64,000 nt of DNA from contig DAOTUH010000126.1 in assembly GCA_034437255.1 (NCBI GenBank), forward strand, positions 19,198 to 83,197, written 5' to 3'. The notes beneath the pieces are model-generated. The model worked only from the letters and a program-made list of their open reading frames with translations, did not search any database and had not been told where the DNA came from. Both the position numbers and the translations under genes were made by a program. Within the stretch, counting starts at the first letter, position 1. Every line of letters begins with the position of its first letter. Of this stretch, positions 8,262 to 18,048 are shown piece by piece. The DNA comes from Anaerolineae bacterium. Its GTDB lineage: Bacteria > Chloroflexota > Anaerolineae > B4-G1 > SLSP01.

Positions 8262-11156
8262 CTAGCGTGGTCGATGTCCCGTCAATCTCTCTCGCAGTTC
8301 GATAAACGCTTCGAGATCGCCTTCGGCGAGGAGGCGGGCCTGGTCGAGCCACGTGGACGTGTAACGGACGCGAATGCCGCTCTCGCGGAGTATAGCTTGA
8401 ATCTCCTCCGGCGTCAGGGCCGCCAGCTGCTCGAAGAGCGCGATGCCGGCCGCGTTGAGCAGCTTCTCGCTCTTTGGCCCCAGCCCCCAGATGCGCTGGA
8501 GGTCGTCGGGCTCCGTCAGCTTGCGCTCTTGCACCGGCTCCGGCTTGGCTGCCGGCACAGCAAAGGAGATCGCCGCGGTCGGCGGCGTGGGCATGCGCCA
8601 GCGGTAATCGTGCTGCATGGCCTGCTTGAAATCCTCCTGGATGCCGGACTTATCGTGGATCTTCCACTGATCGCCCGTCCAGCGGTAAAGCAGCAGCCCA
8701 CGGATCTGTTGTGCATACGGCCGCATGTTCCAACCATCGATCTCCTCGTAGATTTTGCGCACCCAGCCGATGTTAGCGTTGATCCACCCCTGCGACGCCG
8801 GATTGTCGCACGTGGGCGCGTTGTCCGGGCGACAGACGTGATTCGTCTCGGTGATGTAGACGGGCAGATCCTTCCACTTGTAGGGAATGCGCTCCATAAA
8901 CTGTCGATAGGTCTGGAAATCGAAGTAGTGATCGTTCAACAACGGATCGCCAAAGGTTTCCAGATGCGTGATGGCTTCCAGCGACGGTCCGTGCGTGTAG
9001 GCGTGCAGGATGAAACCATCCAGCGAATCGATGTTGTCCATCATCTTCTGGAAGTAATCTAAGGGCCGCCAGCGCACATTGCCCAGCAGGGGCATGGACG
9101 AAGAGTTGTAAGGGTCGACGGCGCCAGGACAGACCAAGGCGTTGGGCAGCACGTCCTTGATGGCAGCGTAGATCTTGTTGAAGGCCTCCGCGTAAAGCTC
9201 TGCCGTGATGTGTTGCTTAGGATGATGCAGCCCGCCCGGATGCTCGCTGGGATTGTTTTGCTCGTTGCCAATCTGGATCGTCCAGGTGTAGTCATCCGGC
9301 GAGAGATCGTCCCGCTTGAGGTAAATCTCAACCCAGCGCGCGCACGCCTGCGCGAACTCATCGTAGTGGCGGGATTCGGGCAGCGTGCCGCCGGGATGGT
9401 AGCCATGATTGAGACGTACGATGACACCGTAGTCCTTCTCCATCCAATCCTGGACGCGGTTGCGGATATCCTGATTCAGACCGACGTCCTGGGGACGCCG
9501 CCGTACTACCTCTGTGAAGAAGACCCAGCCCTTCTTCCCCCCGGCGTTGAAGAGATTGCGGATCGGGTCCCGCGTGTAGTGGTCGTCGCTAAGCTGGGCA
9601 GCATGCATGCCGAAGATGTGGGGCGAGAGCCCGCGATCTAGCCAGCCGTCGCGCGCCTGTACCCGCTGATCTTTCTGCTCGGGACGACGCACATACCAGG
9701 CCGCCACATGTCCCTCTCTCCGCGAGGGCGTCCGAACCTTGATCCATTTCTCTTGCTCGCCGATTTTGTTCCCCGTGACTGTAGGATCTTCCAGAGAGCG
9801 CAACACGGCACCATGCGGCACCCACCAGACCTGGACATGATCCGTTCCCGGCCCGCTGCGCACCCGCAGCCCGTACTCGGGGCTTTCCACGACAACGAAT
9901 CGAGCGGGCTCGCCGGACGGCGTCGGTTTTGGCTCAACCTCGGTCTCGAGCTTGAGATACCAGGCCGCCGTGTAGCCGCTCTCATCTTCCGCCGTCTGAA
10001 CGTGTAGCCACTCGTCGTGCTCGCCGATTTTGCGCCGCACCTGGTCGGCCGGTTCTAGCGCTTTAATGATCGCACCATCGGGCATCTGGGCGACGATGTC
10101 GTGCTCCGTGCCCGGCCCGCTGCGGAGCTTGAGCGGCATCTCTGGGCTTTCTACCACTAACAACAGCGTAGGCGTCGGCTTCTCCTTCTCCGGCAGCCGC
10201 AGATACCACGCCGCCGTGTAGCCTTGTTTCCCGTCCGGTGTCTTGACCTTGAGCCATTCCCCGTACTCGCCAATCTTACGGCGCACGTCGATGTCCGGCT
10301 CCAACGCCTTGAGCACCGTCCCGTCGGGCATCTCGGCGACAATCTCATGTTCCGTGTCCGGCCCGCTGCGCAACTTGAGGGGGGTCTCGGGGCTCTGGAC
10401 GACGACGGAGAGCGTCGGCTCCGGCTGTTCCTCCTCCGGCAGTTTCAGATACCAGGCAGCCACGTACCCGTTCTGACCGTTGTGCAGCCGCACCCACAGC
10501 CACTGACCGTGCTGCCCGACCTTCTTGAGCGTGACATCCACCTTTTCCAACGAACCCAGGACAGTCTCATGATCCACGCGCCCAACTTGCTCGCTGCCCA
10601 CGTAAGGCCTGGCCCGCACGTTCAGGAACCCAACCTCCGGGCTGTGCACTTGCACCTTCATGGTGGGCTTAGCGGGTGGTTCCGGCTCCACGCCACCCTC
10701 CGAAAACGGCAACAGATAGGGGCGAGGATTCACGATATCGTAGGGAAAATAGGTCTCGTTGCTTCCCGTCGCGCCATCTTTCTTAAGTGTCAGGTGAAGA
10801 TGCGCACCAAAGGAGTTCCCACTATTCCCGCCCAACCCGATCAGCTGCCCGGCCCGCACGGCCTGGCCTTCGATGACGACGACGGAGGAAAGATGCGCGT
10901 AGACGCTGGTGAAGCCATTGCCGTGCTGAACGCGAACCTGATTGCCGTAGGGTCTCTTGTTGGGATTGGAGTTACCATCAAGACTAACGCGACTCACGAA
11001 GCCATCGGCGACGGCATAGACCTCACTTCCTTCCGGCGCCTTGAAATCCAGCCCCTCGTGTCCAGGCAACCCAAACTTCTGGTAGAACTCCGGTCGGACA
11101 CCGAATTCCTGGGTGATCCTGTTAAACTCTGTCGGCCAACGCATACGAAAACTCAT
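8262..11156 (-). CDS. Multidomain cell-wall hydrolase: M23 peptidase + 4 SH3b-like repeats + clan GH-A glycoside hydrolase + C-terminal helix-hairpin-helix
   Basis: HEGLDF...HLHLT is an M23 signature. Four near-identical ~95-aa repeats end in AAWYLKLP. IGNEQN and YITETN resemble GH-A acid/base and nucleophile motifs. IWGLGPKSEKLLNAAGIALFEQLAALTPEEI is HhH-like. GGAGGG SD before the ATG at 11156. No signal peptide. Confidence 0.8.
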   Translation of the reverse strand: MSFRMRWPTEFNRITQEFGVRPEFYQKFGLPGHEGLDFKAPEGSEVYAVADGFVSRVSLDGNSNPNKRPYGNQVRVQHGNGFTSVYAHLSSVVVIEGQAVRAGQLIGLGGNSGNSFGAHLHLTLKKDGATGSNETYFPYDIVNPRPYLLPFSEGGVEPEPPAKPTMKVQVHSPEVGFLNVRARPYVGSEQVGRVDHETVLGSLEKVDVTLKKVGQHGQWLWVRLHNGQNGYVAAWYLKLPEEEQPEPTLSVVVQSPETPLKLRSGPDTEHEIVAEMPDGTVLKALEPDIDVRRKIGEYGEWLKVKTPDGKQGYTAAWYLRLPEKEKPTPTLLLVVESPEMPLKLRSGPGTEHDIVAQMPDGAIIKALEPADQVRRKIGEHDEWLHVQTAEDESGYTAAWYLKLETEVEPKPTPSGEPARFVVVESPEYGLRVRSGPGTDHVQVWWVPHGAVLRSLEDPTVTGNKIGEQEKWIKVRTPSRREGHVAAWYVRRPEQKDQRVQARDGWLDRGLSPHIFGMHAAQLSDDHYTRDPIRNLFNAGGKKGWVFFTEVVRRRPQDVGLNQDIRNRVQDWMEKDYGVIVRLNHGYHPGGTLPESRHYDEFAQACARWVEIYLKRDDLSPDDYTWTIQIGNEQNNPSEHPGGLHHPKQHITAELYAEAFNKIYAAIKDVLPNALVCPGAVDPYNSSSMPLLGNVRWRPLDYFQKMMDNIDSLDGFILHAYTHGPSLEAITHLETFGDPLLNDHYFDFQTYRQFMERIPYKWKDLPVYITETNHVCRPDNAPTCDNPASQGWINANIGWVRKIYEEIDGWNMRPYAQQIRGLLLYRWTGDQWKIHDKSGIQEDFKQAMQHDYRWRMPTPPTAAISFAVPAAKPEPVQERKLTEPDDLQRIWGLGPKSEKLLNAAGIALFEQLAALTPEEIQAILRESGIRVRYTSTWLDQARLLAEGDLEAFIELRERLTGHRPR

Positions 11157-11244
11157 AATGAAACCCTCCTTGCCTCGTGGATTTAACGTCCCTTTTGGCA
11201 TCTTCCGGGATACTTGGAGCATCCCGGAAGATCAGTGAAAACCC

Positions 11245-11631
11245 TTACTCCTGGGCCTGCTGCACAGCTTTGAGCGCCGCGGCTGCGGCATTCCCCACGG
11301 ATTCGATCATCTTGGCACGGTTGTCCATGGCCTGCTGGACGGTCTGGGTGTGGATGTCCCAGACGCCCCTATCCACCGTGCCGTCCTCGGCCTGGGGTAT
11401 GCAGATATCGATGTCGCCGTCCAGTCGGACCTGGGTGAAGGCGCGTAGCTCGATCTTGCCCTCGCCGGCGGCGCCCGCTACGTCCGGTCGCTCAGCGACG
11501 AAAATCTGCACTTGATCGTGGGGCGTGGTGTACGTTCGCACGTCCAGGACCGCCACGTCGCTGACGAAGGACTCCACCTTTTCCGCCAGGTCACTCGCGA
11601 ACTTCCGAACCGCTTCCTGTAAGTTAGCCAT
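11245..11631 (-). CDS. Hypothetical 128-aa protein, homologous to the C-terminal domain of the adjacent caspase-like peptidase
   Basis: Shared motifs are TYTT, DGDID and W.IH...V..A...RA with residues ~560-650 of the 12405-14375 product. Lies 12 nt downstream of the upstream gene in the same operon. Confidence 0.6.
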   Translation of the reverse strand: MANLQEAVRKFASDLAEKVESFVSDVAVLDVRTYTTPHDQVQIFVAERPDVAGAAGEGKIELRAFTQVRLDGDIDICIPQAEDGTVDRGVWDIHTQTVQQAMDNRAKMIESVGNAAAAALKAVQQAQE

Positions 11632-11643
11632 TGTCCTCTCCTT

Positions 11644-12408
11644 TTAGATTAGAGTTTCGATATCGGGCCACGAAGCCCGTAGTTCTTTCAATACGTCTCG
11701 CACAAACCGCCACGTGGCGGGTAGCAACAGGACCTGTCCTCCGGGAACCGAGGCTTTCACCGCCAACCCGGCGGCGCCCGTCGCCACCACAGAGACGAGA
11801 CGCGTCAGCGCGATGCGCGAGGCCAGCGCCAGATGCACTGCCTGCCGGTGTTCCGCTATCGAGGACGGCGTGAGCGCCGGCGCCCAGGTCGTGCCGAAGT
11901 CGCCCGTCCAGCCCACCTCGGTGCGACCGACGAACCGACCGCCCACGGTGGTCTCGATGCGGACGTAGTGCGAGACCATCTCGCGCACCCGCTCCACAAA
12001 GCTGTTCCATTGTTTGTAGGCGTCGCTGTCCATGACGCGCTCTGATTCACCCGGCCCAAACGCCACCGGCCGCTGCAGCGTGGTGACGCTTTGCCGCAGC
12101 GCTTGCCGAGGATCGGTCAGACGATCACCCGTGCCAAAGGCCACCGGCTCTGACGGGTCAAACCGTGCCAGTTCCCGCTCGGCGTGCGCCAGATCACGCT
12201 GGCTCAGTTCCAGCGCTTTCGCCCGCGCTGCCAACTCGGTCTGCGCCGCCTCTGGGTTTTCTGACAGGTCGACGCGCCAGGTCAGCACGTCGGGTGCTGC
12301 CTCGCCGGCGCCGAAGGAGACGGCCTCCGCTTCGACGGCCCAGATGCCCAGCGGATCTTCGGCCTCCGACCGCGAGACCCCGGTCAGCGTGAATCCGGCG
12401 CCGGTCAT
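11644..12408 (-). CDS. Hypothetical 254-aa protein, translationally coupled (ATGA overlap) to caspase-like gene
   Basis: ATG at 12408 overlaps the TGA of the upstream gene. Internal repeat PVAFGTGDRL / PVAFGPGESE. No recognised domain. Confidence 0.5.
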   Translation of the reverse strand: MTGAGFTLTGVSRSEAEDPLGIWAVEAEAVSFGAGEAAPDVLTWRVDLSENPEAAQTELAARAKALELSQRDLAHAERELARFDPSEPVAFGTGDRLTDPRQALRQSVTTLQRPVAFGPGESERVMDSDAYKQWNSFVERVREMVSHYVRIETTVGGRFVGRTEVGWTGDFGTTWAPALTPSSIAEHRQAVHLALASRIALTRLVSVVATGAAGLAVKASVPGGQVLLLPATWRFVRDVLKELRASWPDIETLI

Positions 12409-14375
12409 ACAGGCTTCAGGCTCTTGAGCAGATTCGTCGCCATCTCCGCCATGGCCTCCAGGAACTGCGCCCGGTTGATCTGGGCCTCCTTGACCATGTC
12501 GGCGTGAATCTTCCACAGCACCTCGTCGACACCGCCGTCCGCTTTCTCCGGCACATAGCTCTGGATGTCCCCGTCAAACTCGATACGCGTCAACGCACGC
12601 GGCGTCGCCGCAGCCTCTGCATCTTTGATGACAGCTGCGAGATCCTCAGTGGTGTAAGTTTCCACCTCCAGCGTGGGGATCTCCTCGGCGGCTTTGCCCA
12701 GCGCCTCCGCCAGTTGATCGGTGAAGGTGCGCAGCGAGTCGGTCAGCCCGGCGAACTGATCCCGCAGGCCGAAGGCGACGGCGTAGTCCTCGGCTCCTGA
12801 TGGCTCTGGTGCGAGCGCCGTGGTCGGTTCGCTTTCTTCCGAGGGTGCTGAGGCGGCTTCGCTCTCTGCTTCTGCCAGCTTCTCTTTTGTGCTCTCGCTG
12901 ATAGTGATGGTGGGACGCTCCGTCTGCGGGCTCTCTTCGTCCTCCGCCACCGAGAGGCGCACCGCCGGATCGCCGATGATGACGTAGCCGCGCGCGTCGT
13001 TGTTCGCCGTCCACATACCCGCTAGCTTCACGTCGTCGCGCCGCTTGTCGAACTCGTTGACCTCCTCGATCTCGCTGGCCAGCACCACGGAGAGCTCGGC
13101 GTGGCGCTCGTTGAACCACTCCAGAGCCGCGCCCACGGGATAACCGGCCATCAGCTGATCCAGCGTGTCTTGAAAGACCTGTAACTGGCGCCCTGCCCCG
13201 CTCCACAGGAAAGAGTATCCCCAGGCGCGCTCGACGTGGCCCACGACGGCCAACGCGCCGCCCTTGGGATGGCCCAGGAGCCGTTGCGGCAACCGCGCGA
13301 TAAAGGCGTGGGGCGCGATCTCGGCCGGCTCATCAAAGGCCCTGTGCGCAAACTGATCCAGCTTGGGCGTTCCCGCACCGTAGCAGGCGAAGAAGAAAGC
13401 CATGGTGCCGGCCAGCCGCGCGTTCGAGGCGACGTCATCGGCCGAGAAGTAGAACGCCTCAGGAATCGGATCGTGCCACTCACGGGGGCCAGGCCAATCC
13501 TCACAGAGCAGCGCGCCCTGGTGCTTGAGCTGGCGCGGGTCTCCTTTGGGAAAGCCCATCCCGTGACTGGCCGAGAAGAACAGTACCGGCGTCCCGTCGC
13601 CGCCCAACAGCGTTTCGAGACGCGCCTTGGTCGCCTGCCCGATGAACTGGCTATCCCACGACGGCTGTTTGTCCGACATGGCCTCGACCAGGGGACGCAC
13701 CAACTCCTTGGCACTCATCTCCGTCGCCCGGTCGTGCTGGTTCTTCACACCAAAGAATCGCGCGCGACGCGGCAGCCGTAAATCGCCGGTCTCCGCTGCC
13801 ACCACACTCTCCGCATACTGCGCGTACTCCTCGAGCGTGTCGAAGAAAATGCGCCCGACGGCATACTGCACGTCGAGCTGATACTGGAAGCGGTAGGGAA
13901 TCGTCTCTGGCCCGCCGACGATCAGCAGATAGTAGGGCACTTTGGCGGGATTGGCCGGCCCCGGCCCCATGTTGCGCGGATCGCGGCCCAAGAAATCCAA
14001 GTAGGAGTCGGCCGGCCGGTAGCCCGCCGCGCGCATGTACTCCTGATAGAATCGTTCGTCGTCCTGCGTGGCCTGCTCCTTGCGCAGATCCAACAGCGGC
14101 TTGAGGGCCTCACGGATCGCCGGGGCCCGTTCGTCCTTTGCTCCGAAAATTACGGCCCATCCCGTCTCCGCCAGGTTCGTCTGATCGGCATTGATGCCAA
14201 AATGTGGCTGCATGCTGTCATGGCGATTCTTCAACTCCCGGTAATACTCGTCATCTTTGCTCAAGGGCTCGCCCAGCGCGACCGACGCCACGTCCTCAGG
14301 CAGCATGGGCGGCGTCCAATACTTCCCGCTGGCACCATTGATACCATTGACGTAAAGCAGCTTCTCTTCATTCAT
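12405..14375 (-). CDS. Clan CD caspase/gingipain-like cysteine peptidase with extra C-terminal domain
   Basis: His motif LFFSASHGMGFP and Cys motif FFFACYGAGTP in the order and spacing typical of C14/C25 peptidases. ATG at 14375 overlaps the NTPase stop by 8 nt. Confidence 0.75.
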   Translation of the reverse strand: MNEEKLLYVNGINGASGKYWTPPMLPEDVASVALGEPLSKDDEYYRELKNRHDSMQPHFGINADQTNLAETGWAVIFGAKDERAPAIREALKPLLDLRKEQATQDDERFYQEYMRAAGYRPADSYLDFLGRDPRNMGPGPANPAKVPYYLLIVGGPETIPYRFQYQLDVQYAVGRIFFDTLEEYAQYAESVVAAETGDLRLPRRARFFGVKNQHDRATEMSAKELVRPLVEAMSDKQPSWDSQFIGQATKARLETLLGGDGTPVLFFSASHGMGFPKGDPRQLKHQGALLCEDWPGPREWHDPIPEAFYFSADDVASNARLAGTMAFFFACYGAGTPKLDQFAHRAFDEPAEIAPHAFIARLPQRLLGHPKGGALAVVGHVERAWGYSFLWSGAGRQLQVFQDTLDQLMAGYPVGAALEWFNERHAELSVVLASEIEEVNEFDKRRDDVKLAGMWTANNDARGYVIIGDPAVRLSVAEDEESPQTERPTITISESTKEKLAEAESEAASAPSEESEPTTALAPEPSGAEDYAVAFGLRDQFAGLTDSLRTFTDQLAEALGKAAEEIPTLEVETYTTEDLAAVIKDAEAAATPRALTRIEFDGDIQSYVPEKADGGVDEVLWKIHADMVKEAQINRAQFLEAMAEMATNLLKSLKPV

Positions 14376-17300
14376 AATTACTCTCCTCTGCGAATCCCTC
14401 CGCGTCCAAGTCCAACTCACTTTCCACGTACTGCCAGGATAAATCCAACACGTCCTCGAACCGTACCAGATACCGCCGTATGGTGCCATCCCTGGAACCG
14501 GAGGCCAGATAGTGGCCATCGGGGCTGAAGGCCAACGTGTACACGATGGGATCGGTATGCCCAGGAAGCACAGCCATCAACGTTGGCGCGCGGGCTGGGA
14601 ATCGATCCAACTTCCAGAGGCGCACGTGACTATCACGCGCCGCCGTCGCCAGGTACAGCCCGTCGGGTGAGAAAGCGACACCATAGACGAAGGCCGGATG
14701 CTTCAACGGCGCTACCACGGTCGTCATGGTCTGCATGCTCCAGAGGCGCGCCGTCTGGTCCCACGCGCCGGAGGCCAAATATTGGCCATCAGGGCTGAAG
14801 TCCAGGGCAGGCACGTAGTTGCTGTGCCCCGTCAGCGTGACCGCCATCGTGACGGAGAGGCCACGCTCGGTCTCTCGCACATCGAAGAGGTGGATGTTCC
14901 CACCCAGGTAGCCCAACGCCATCCGGTCCCCCTGAGGACTTAATGTCCCACCCCAGAGGCCGCCGCGCGGAATCGTCACGCGATGATCAAGCGTCCAATC
15001 CTCCGTCCGCCAGACAAAAGCCTGCCCGCCATTGGAGACAGTGAGGAGGAAGCGACCGTCCGGCGTGAAGAAGGCCCGCTCCACATCTGCACGGTGTCCT
15101 GTCAACGTGGCGATAAGCGCACCCGTGCCCGTGTCCCATACCCTCGCATTGTTATCCGTGGCGCAGGAGACCAGATATGCGCCGCTAGGACTATACACCA
15201 GGTCCCAGAGCTCACCGCCAAGATAGCCTTCGATCTCCCGGACCACGTTGCCGTGCACCTGGGACCAGATACGCACCTCTCCGCTCTTACTGGCCGAAGC
15301 GAGGAACGTGCCATCAGGGCTGTACGTCACCTTGCGCACCAAGTCGCTGTGTCCCGTGAGCGTCGAAAGACCGGCCTGCCGGGGGAAATCCCGGTCCCAG
15401 ATGCGCACCGTGTTGTCACCGGCGCCGGCAGCCACCCAGCGGTCATCCGGGCTGAAAGCAACGTCCAGCACTACGTTGCCCGGCCCCCTCAACACGCTGA
15501 TGGCGTGCTGGTTACGCGAGCCTACGTCCCATAGATGCACCGTCCGATCCCGCGAGCCGGAGAGCAGATAGCGCCCGTCGGCACTGAAGGCCAGGGTTCT
15601 CACCTCGGCGCTGTGCCCGACCAGTGTCAGAACGGCCTCACCTGTGTCGAGATCCCAGAGTCGAATCGTTTTATCGGCGGAGGCCGAGGCCAACAGCGGT
15701 TCCGTCGGGCTGAAAGCCACCGCTTCCACGGCTTCGGTATGGGCCGTCAGTTGGCGCGGCGGGCTGACCGACAGCAGGCTAGGACCTAGAGCCCGCAACT
15801 GCCAGAGCCAAACCGTCCCGTCGTAGCACGCCGCTGCCAGGGTGAATGGCTCTCCAGTAACCATGGCTTCGATAGGTGAAGCGGTGCCTGTGAACGCAAG
15901 ATCGGCCACGCGGCGCGGCAGCTCGTCCAGGGTGAGCAGCAGCTCCGGCACCAGCGTATCGCCCCGCCGGCCCAGGGACCAGATCCGTATCAGCCCCTCT
16001 TGATCAGGTGAGTAGACATCCCGCAGCGTTTCCCCATAATCCCCACCCGTGGCAAGATAGTAGCCCTGCGGGTCGAAGGCCACGGTGTAGATCTCATCGT
16101 ACATCCCATCCGGCGTTATGACGCGCAGGCTTTCTACCCACGTCTCGGCCTCTGTGTCCCAGATTTCCACGATGCCGCCGGTCTCTCCATCGTCGCCGCC
16201 GGTCGCCAGAAACCGTCCGTCGGGACTCAACGCAAGATCGTAAACGGCACCCCGCGTCGGGAGAGGGATTAGCGTTTTCACGTTCATGCGAGTGTCGATG
16301 CGTTGCACGCCGCCGGCGGGCAGTGCTGTATAGAGAAAGCGACCGGTCTCGTCATAGGCTACGCTATGCACTTGATCCATCAGGCCCCCATACACCGAGA
16401 CGGGATAATACTCCTGCACCGCCTGGCGCAGCATGATTTGGGCCTCGTAGGTATTGATCTCGCCCATCAGCGTCTGGCTGCTCTCCTGCCACCAGCCGCG
16501 CAGACTGGGCTGAGTCCCGGCGCGGGCCAACCGGATGCTCTGCTCCCGGTCGGTCTCCAACACCGAGCGTGCCTTGGCGGCCAACTCGCGGGAATAGGCC
16601 TGCAGGCCGTTACGCATGGCTATCCACGCCAGCAGGCTGACCACAACCAGCACCATCCCGGCGAAGACGGCGCCCACGAGACGCAAACGGCGTGCGCGGC
16701 GCTGCGCTTGATCGGCCCGGCGGCTGGCTTCCAAGAACTCCTCTTCGAAGGGCTCCAGCTGGTCGGGATGGACCTCGGCCCAGGCGAGCGCCTCCTCCAG
16801 CGTCGCGTCGAGGTACAGGAGCGCCGCGTCGTCGGTCTCCTTCCACCGCTTAGCCGTGGTGCGCAGCGGCGTCTGCCGCGCCGCCTCCCACGTGCGGTTC
16901 GACTGCCGGATGGGATCGATAAGCCGGTCGTGGACCAGCTCATACCAGCGGGCACCGGCGCGCAGGTCCGAGCGGATGAGGTGCCGGGCATCCAGCACAT
17001 CGACGGCGGTGTTGGGCAGACCGGCGGTCTCCTCCGGCCCGCGCATAGCCAGGCCGCGCGTTCCCACCGACGTGATAAGATGCTCGGCGGTCCAGCGACG
17101 CACCTGCCGTTCGGGCACCTCGGTCTCGGCGATGACGTGGGCGATGGCGCTCTCGTAGAAATCGACCAGGGCACGGTCAATATCGCCGTATTGCTGAACC
17201 TCGTTCCACTGGATCAGGTTGTCTTCCTGAGCCGGCAGGTTCGCCCACAGCCGCTGACAGACCACCTGCAGCTGCACCGGCTCGACGAAGCGCCCCAGCA

Positions 17301-18048
17301 CCTCAACCTCGTCGTCGCGCCCATACCGCTGCACCTTGCTGCGTCGCAGGTCGTCGACCAGGCGCTCGGCCACGCCCTCGTCGAAGGGAACGCCGGTCTG
17401 GGCCGCCGGCTTGCGGACGGCTTGGATGGCGCCCTCGACGCCCAGCCGCTCCATACGGAAGCGAGCGCGGAGCCGGCGGGGCAGCAGCGGCGCGTAGGGC
17501 TCGACTTCGGCAACGTAATCCTCCCGCATGGCAAAGACCACGCCCAACGTGGGCAGCGCGTCCAACGCCCCCTCAACCTGGACGAAGAAACTCTCGGCGT
17601 CCTGCCAGCGGTGGCGGTGCGCCGTAAAGAGCTCCTCGAACTGATCGACGATGAGCAGCGGCGGGCGGTCGTCATCGGGCAGATACGTCTGCAAGAAATC
17701 GAGCAGGGACTGTTCGCCCAGTGGCGCCGGCGGCTCGTCCTCGCCGACCAGCGAGAGCAGCACACTGAAGACGAAGACGTTGTCCACGTCCGCGTCGGTC
17801 AGGCCGGGCGGCAGATCGTTGGCGACGCGCACCACGGGCAGCACGTTGAAAAGCTCCTCCTCCAGCGCGAGGATGACCTCGGCGTTGAGCAATGACGTCT
17901 TGCCGGCGCCAGAGGGCGCGTAGAAGAGCACCACGCGCTCGGCCAGGATCAGGGAGAGCAAGTCGCGTGCCTCGCGGTTGCGCCCGAAGAAATTCTTGCG
18001 GTCGGCGCGCTCGTAGGGGCGGGGACCGACGTAGGGATTTCCTTTCAT
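14368..18048 (-). CDS. STAND-like (nSTAND1-like N-terminus) P-loop NTPase - single TM helix - WD40 beta-propeller
   Basis: The N-terminus NPYVGPRPYERADRKNFFGRNREARDLLSLI...LFYAPSGAGKTSLLNA shows an nSTAND-like signature. Hydrophobic helix LVGAVFAGMVLVVVSLLAWIAM near residue 480. At least 10 WD40 repeats (GHSAEVRTLAFSADGRYLLSGSRDRTVHLWD and others). Start ATG 18048 overlaps the upstream stop as ATGA. Confidence 0.85.
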   Translation of the reverse strand: MKGNPYVGPRPYERADRKNFFGRNREARDLLSLILAERVVLFYAPSGAGKTSLLNAEVILALEEELFNVLPVVRVANDLPPGLTDADVDNVFVFSVLLSLVGEDEPPAPLGEQSLLDFLQTYLPDDDRPPLLIVDQFEELFTAHRHRWQDAESFFVQVEGALDALPTLGVVFAMREDYVAEVEPYAPLLPRRLRARFRMERLGVEGAIQAVRKPAAQTGVPFDEGVAERLVDDLRRSKVQRYGRDDEVEVLGRFVEPVQLQVVCQRLWANLPAQEDNLIQWNEVQQYGDIDRALVDFYESAIAHVIAETEVPERQVRRWTAEHLITSVGTRGLAMRGPEETAGLPNTAVDVLDARHLIRSDLRAGARWYELVHDRLIDPIRQSNRTWEAARQTPLRTTAKRWKETDDAALLYLDATLEEALAWAEVHPDQLEPFEEEFLEASRRADQAQRRARRLRLVGAVFAGMVLVVVSLLAWIAMRNGLQAYSRELAAKARSVLETDREQSIRLARAGTQPSLRGWWQESSQTLMGEINTYEAQIMLRQAVQEYYPVSVYGGLMDQVHSVAYDETGRFLYTALPAGGVQRIDTRMNVKTLIPLPTRGAVYDLALSPDGRFLATGGDDGETGGIVEIWDTEAETWVESLRVITPDGMYDEIYTVAFDPQGYYLATGGDYGETLRDVYSPDQEGLIRIWSLGRRGDTLVPELLLTLDELPRRVADLAFTGTASPIEAMVTGEPFTLAAACYDGTVWLWQLRALGPSLLSVSPPRQLTAHTEAVEAVAFSPTEPLLASASADKTIRLWDLDTGEAVLTLVGHSAEVRTLAFSADGRYLLSGSRDRTVHLWDVGSRNQHAISVLRGPGNVVLDVAFSPDDRWVAAGAGDNTVRIWDRDFPRQAGLSTLTGHSDLVRKVTYSPDGTFLASASKSGEVRIWSQVHGNVVREIEGYLGGELWDLVYSPSGAYLVSCATDNNARVWDTGTGALIATLTGHRADVERAFFTPDGRFLLTVSNGGQAFVWRTEDWTLDHRVTIPRGGLWGGTLSPQGDRMALGYLGGNIHLFDVRETERGLSVTMAVTLTGHSNYVPALDFSPDGQYLASGAWDQTARLWSMQTMTTVVAPLKHPAFVYGVAFSPDGLYLATAARDSHVRLWKLDRFPARAPTLMAVLPGHTDPIVYTLAFSPDGHYLASGSRDGTIRRYLVRFEDVLDLSWQYVESELDLDAEGFAEESNYE

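Noticed and set aside
16303-17895. Long antisense ORFs (16303-17895 + 530 aa; also 22816-24498 + 560 aa and 25094-26083 + 329 aa)
   Set aside because: They run opposite the NTPase-WD40, AOR and ADH genes, which have strong family signatures. Their Arg/Gly/Ala/Pro-rich composition is typical of shadow ORFs in GC-rich DNA.
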